Shown piece by piece: positions 62,104 to 64,000 of a DNA stretch of 64,000 bases. Under the pieces are notes generated by a model, which saw only the letters and a program-made list of their open reading frames with translations, ran no database searches and was not told the origin of the DNA. The number at the start of each line of letters is the position of its first letter. The stretch's first letter is position 1. The translations under genes were made by a program, and so were the position numbers. The DNA comes from Zootoca vivipara (lineage: Eukaryota), in the NCBI RefSeq assembly GCF_963506605.1, contig NC_083282.1:17484001-17548000 (forward strand), written 5' to 3'.

Positions 62104-63837
62104 ATTAAAGTTACTGTTCTGAGCTGTGTTCAGATTTATGTAGGGTGATGAAGTCAAAAACACTGAAGCAGAGCCAGGGATAAATGCTTATGAAAAATCC
62201 AGACACTTTTACTGCCAAATTTCTTAATGAAAGCTAATTGCAAAGAAGTTTACACAAGTAAAGTTACTCACACAATTGTGATGGATAGACCACGGGACTT
62301 GTCTCAGTCTTCTGCTTCGTCTGATTTACTCAGGGACTTTCGGTTGCTTAAGTCGGACACAGTGCTTGGTGTATTTAAATGTGTTGAGATTATTTCAGTT
62401 TTTATTTACCCTGGTGCTGTGAACTAGGGACTTAAGTTCCAACAGAGTTAAGTTGCCAAAAGGTTAAGGGGGAATGACTGGAGGGCTGCAGCCCCTCACC
62501 TCCAGCATCCTCTGCCTCTGACGGTCACCTTACTTTGTCCAATGATAGGGCTGGCCTGGAGGTGGAAGAGAAGAAGAGGCGCTGGCTTTCATCAGTGGCG
62601 GACGAAGCCGCTTGGGCACCTGGGGTGGCGTGCCCAGGGGCGGGGTGAGCTCCCCATAGGAGTGCCCATAGCCTGCCTCCTCCCTCCCACTCAGCCACCC
62701 TACAGCTGAGGGGGAGATGGTGGGTGGCCTGTTTGGGGCAATGCAGAACCTGCGGGTGCCCAAGCCACTGCGTCACTCCTAGGACAGTGAGTGCCGCTTG
62801 GCATTTTGTCACACCCCCCTCAGTGGTGACACCTGGGGCAGCCTGCACCTACTGCACCCCCTTCCTCCACCTCTGGCTTTCATAACCTGTTTCTGGTGCT
62901 TCAGGTTTACTGATCCATGAACTCCAGCCTCCTTGACATGGCTTTCATCCCAACCATTCTAGACTGTGACAAAATGCATGTTGAAAGTGTACCATGCTGT
63001 TTAAAGCAGAATGTATTAATTTAATGGCTCTGTTAGACTTTGGCTTATTAATGTCTTCTTCTTCTTCTTTTAAATTAAATTGTAGAAAACAACAGAACGG
63101 CCCCAAGGTAAGGCCCAGAATGAAGGCAAATCCCTACACAAATCCCCACCAACACCAATTCCAAATAATTTCAATTTTACATAAAGATTCATAGTGACAC
63201 TTTATTGTTTAGGTAGGATGTGCAGAATGGGATGCGAAGGAAGACAAGAGACCAATTAGTGGAAGGGCAGAAGTAGCTTTTTAAGTCATGCACTCATAAA
63301 TTATCTGTTCCCACTATGCACATAAATTATAGTTGCAATTTTGCTTTGATGTTTTTAGTGACATGATGAAAACTCTGGAGCTTTGCTTTCAGGGTTTTTA
63401 TTCTCCATCAAATGCCTATGAGAGATTTTATCCCATTGTAGAAACTGTAGAAACTGATACTGCTCTTTTGCAGAGGGCATCTTCAACATACCTTCAAAAA
63501 GCTGTACATGGATATCAGTTATTTGGAAAGGCTGCAGTTACTGCACTAGGGAACTGCACCCAACCCCATAACATGTCTGAATACACATTAGTTTAGAAAA
63601 TATGCCACGTGTTGTGAACTCAACGAAACAGTGCCCTAGGCAAATCATACCTTTGCAATAGCCCATGCATTTTGTCATGCTAGAACTGACAACTGAACGG
63701 AATAACTAATATGCAAATTAGCCACTAAAGTAAGTGAGATTAAGCAGCTACCTATATATTGTTTTAGCTCTTCTATTTTGCAAAGTCAAGAGATTTGAAG
63801 TCAGGGAGTTCATCATGAACAACTAGCATTTGCTTAA

Positions 63838-64000
63838 TCTGGCGCACTGGTTAGAGTGCTGGATTCAACGCAGGTTCAAACGCTGATTGGGCCATGGTGC
63901 TCACTTGAGTGACCTTGGGCCAGTTACCATCTCTCAGCCTAACCCACCTCACACGGTTGTTGTGAGGATAACATGGGCAAGGGAAAGAACTGTGTGTGCC
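63838..64000 (+). mobile_element. Old MIR/Squam3-like SINE (truncated by window edge)
   Basis: TGGTTAGAGTGCTGGA...GGTTCAAA...GTGACCTTGGGCCAGT...CTCAGCCTAACCCACCTCAC. Confidence 0.7.

Overview
Vertebrate genomic DNA, almost certainly squamate and probably a lacertid lizard (inferred from Sauria SINEs, a Squam3-like SINE with a (CTT)n tail, and BovB, CR1, L2, Rex1 and L1 fragments). The left part holds the 5' end of netrin-G1 (NTNG1) on the minus strand: first coding exon (CDS 5795-6040), a 5' leader rich in upstream ATGs, and a CpG-island promoter (~13.8-15.8 kb) with a candidate non-coding exon 1. The rest is upstream intergenic DNA rich in transposable elements. The main object is a full-length, very young Ty3/Gypsy chromovirus (Tf1/sushi-type) LTR retrotransposon at 19836-25653 (minus strand, 428-bp LTRs identical by eye, CCTTG TSD), nested in a TA-flanked Tc1/mariner-type MITE. 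It has no tRNA PBS; instead it shows a Tf1-like self-priming fold (11-nt LTR/PBS duplex plus a 16-bp U5-leader stem). It also has a PEG10-like GGGAAAC -1 frameshift cassette. Most unusually, its integrase tail follows a cage-degenerate chromodomain, carries two tandem DWxx[IV]F-(acidic S/T linker)-FLGF motifs resembling LEDGF/p75-IBD (TND-interacting) motifs, and runs ~100 codons into the 3' LTR. This suggests a possibly undescribed host-tethering system for integration targeting. All calls were made by eye; family names and motif comparisons are from recall and need database confirmation.
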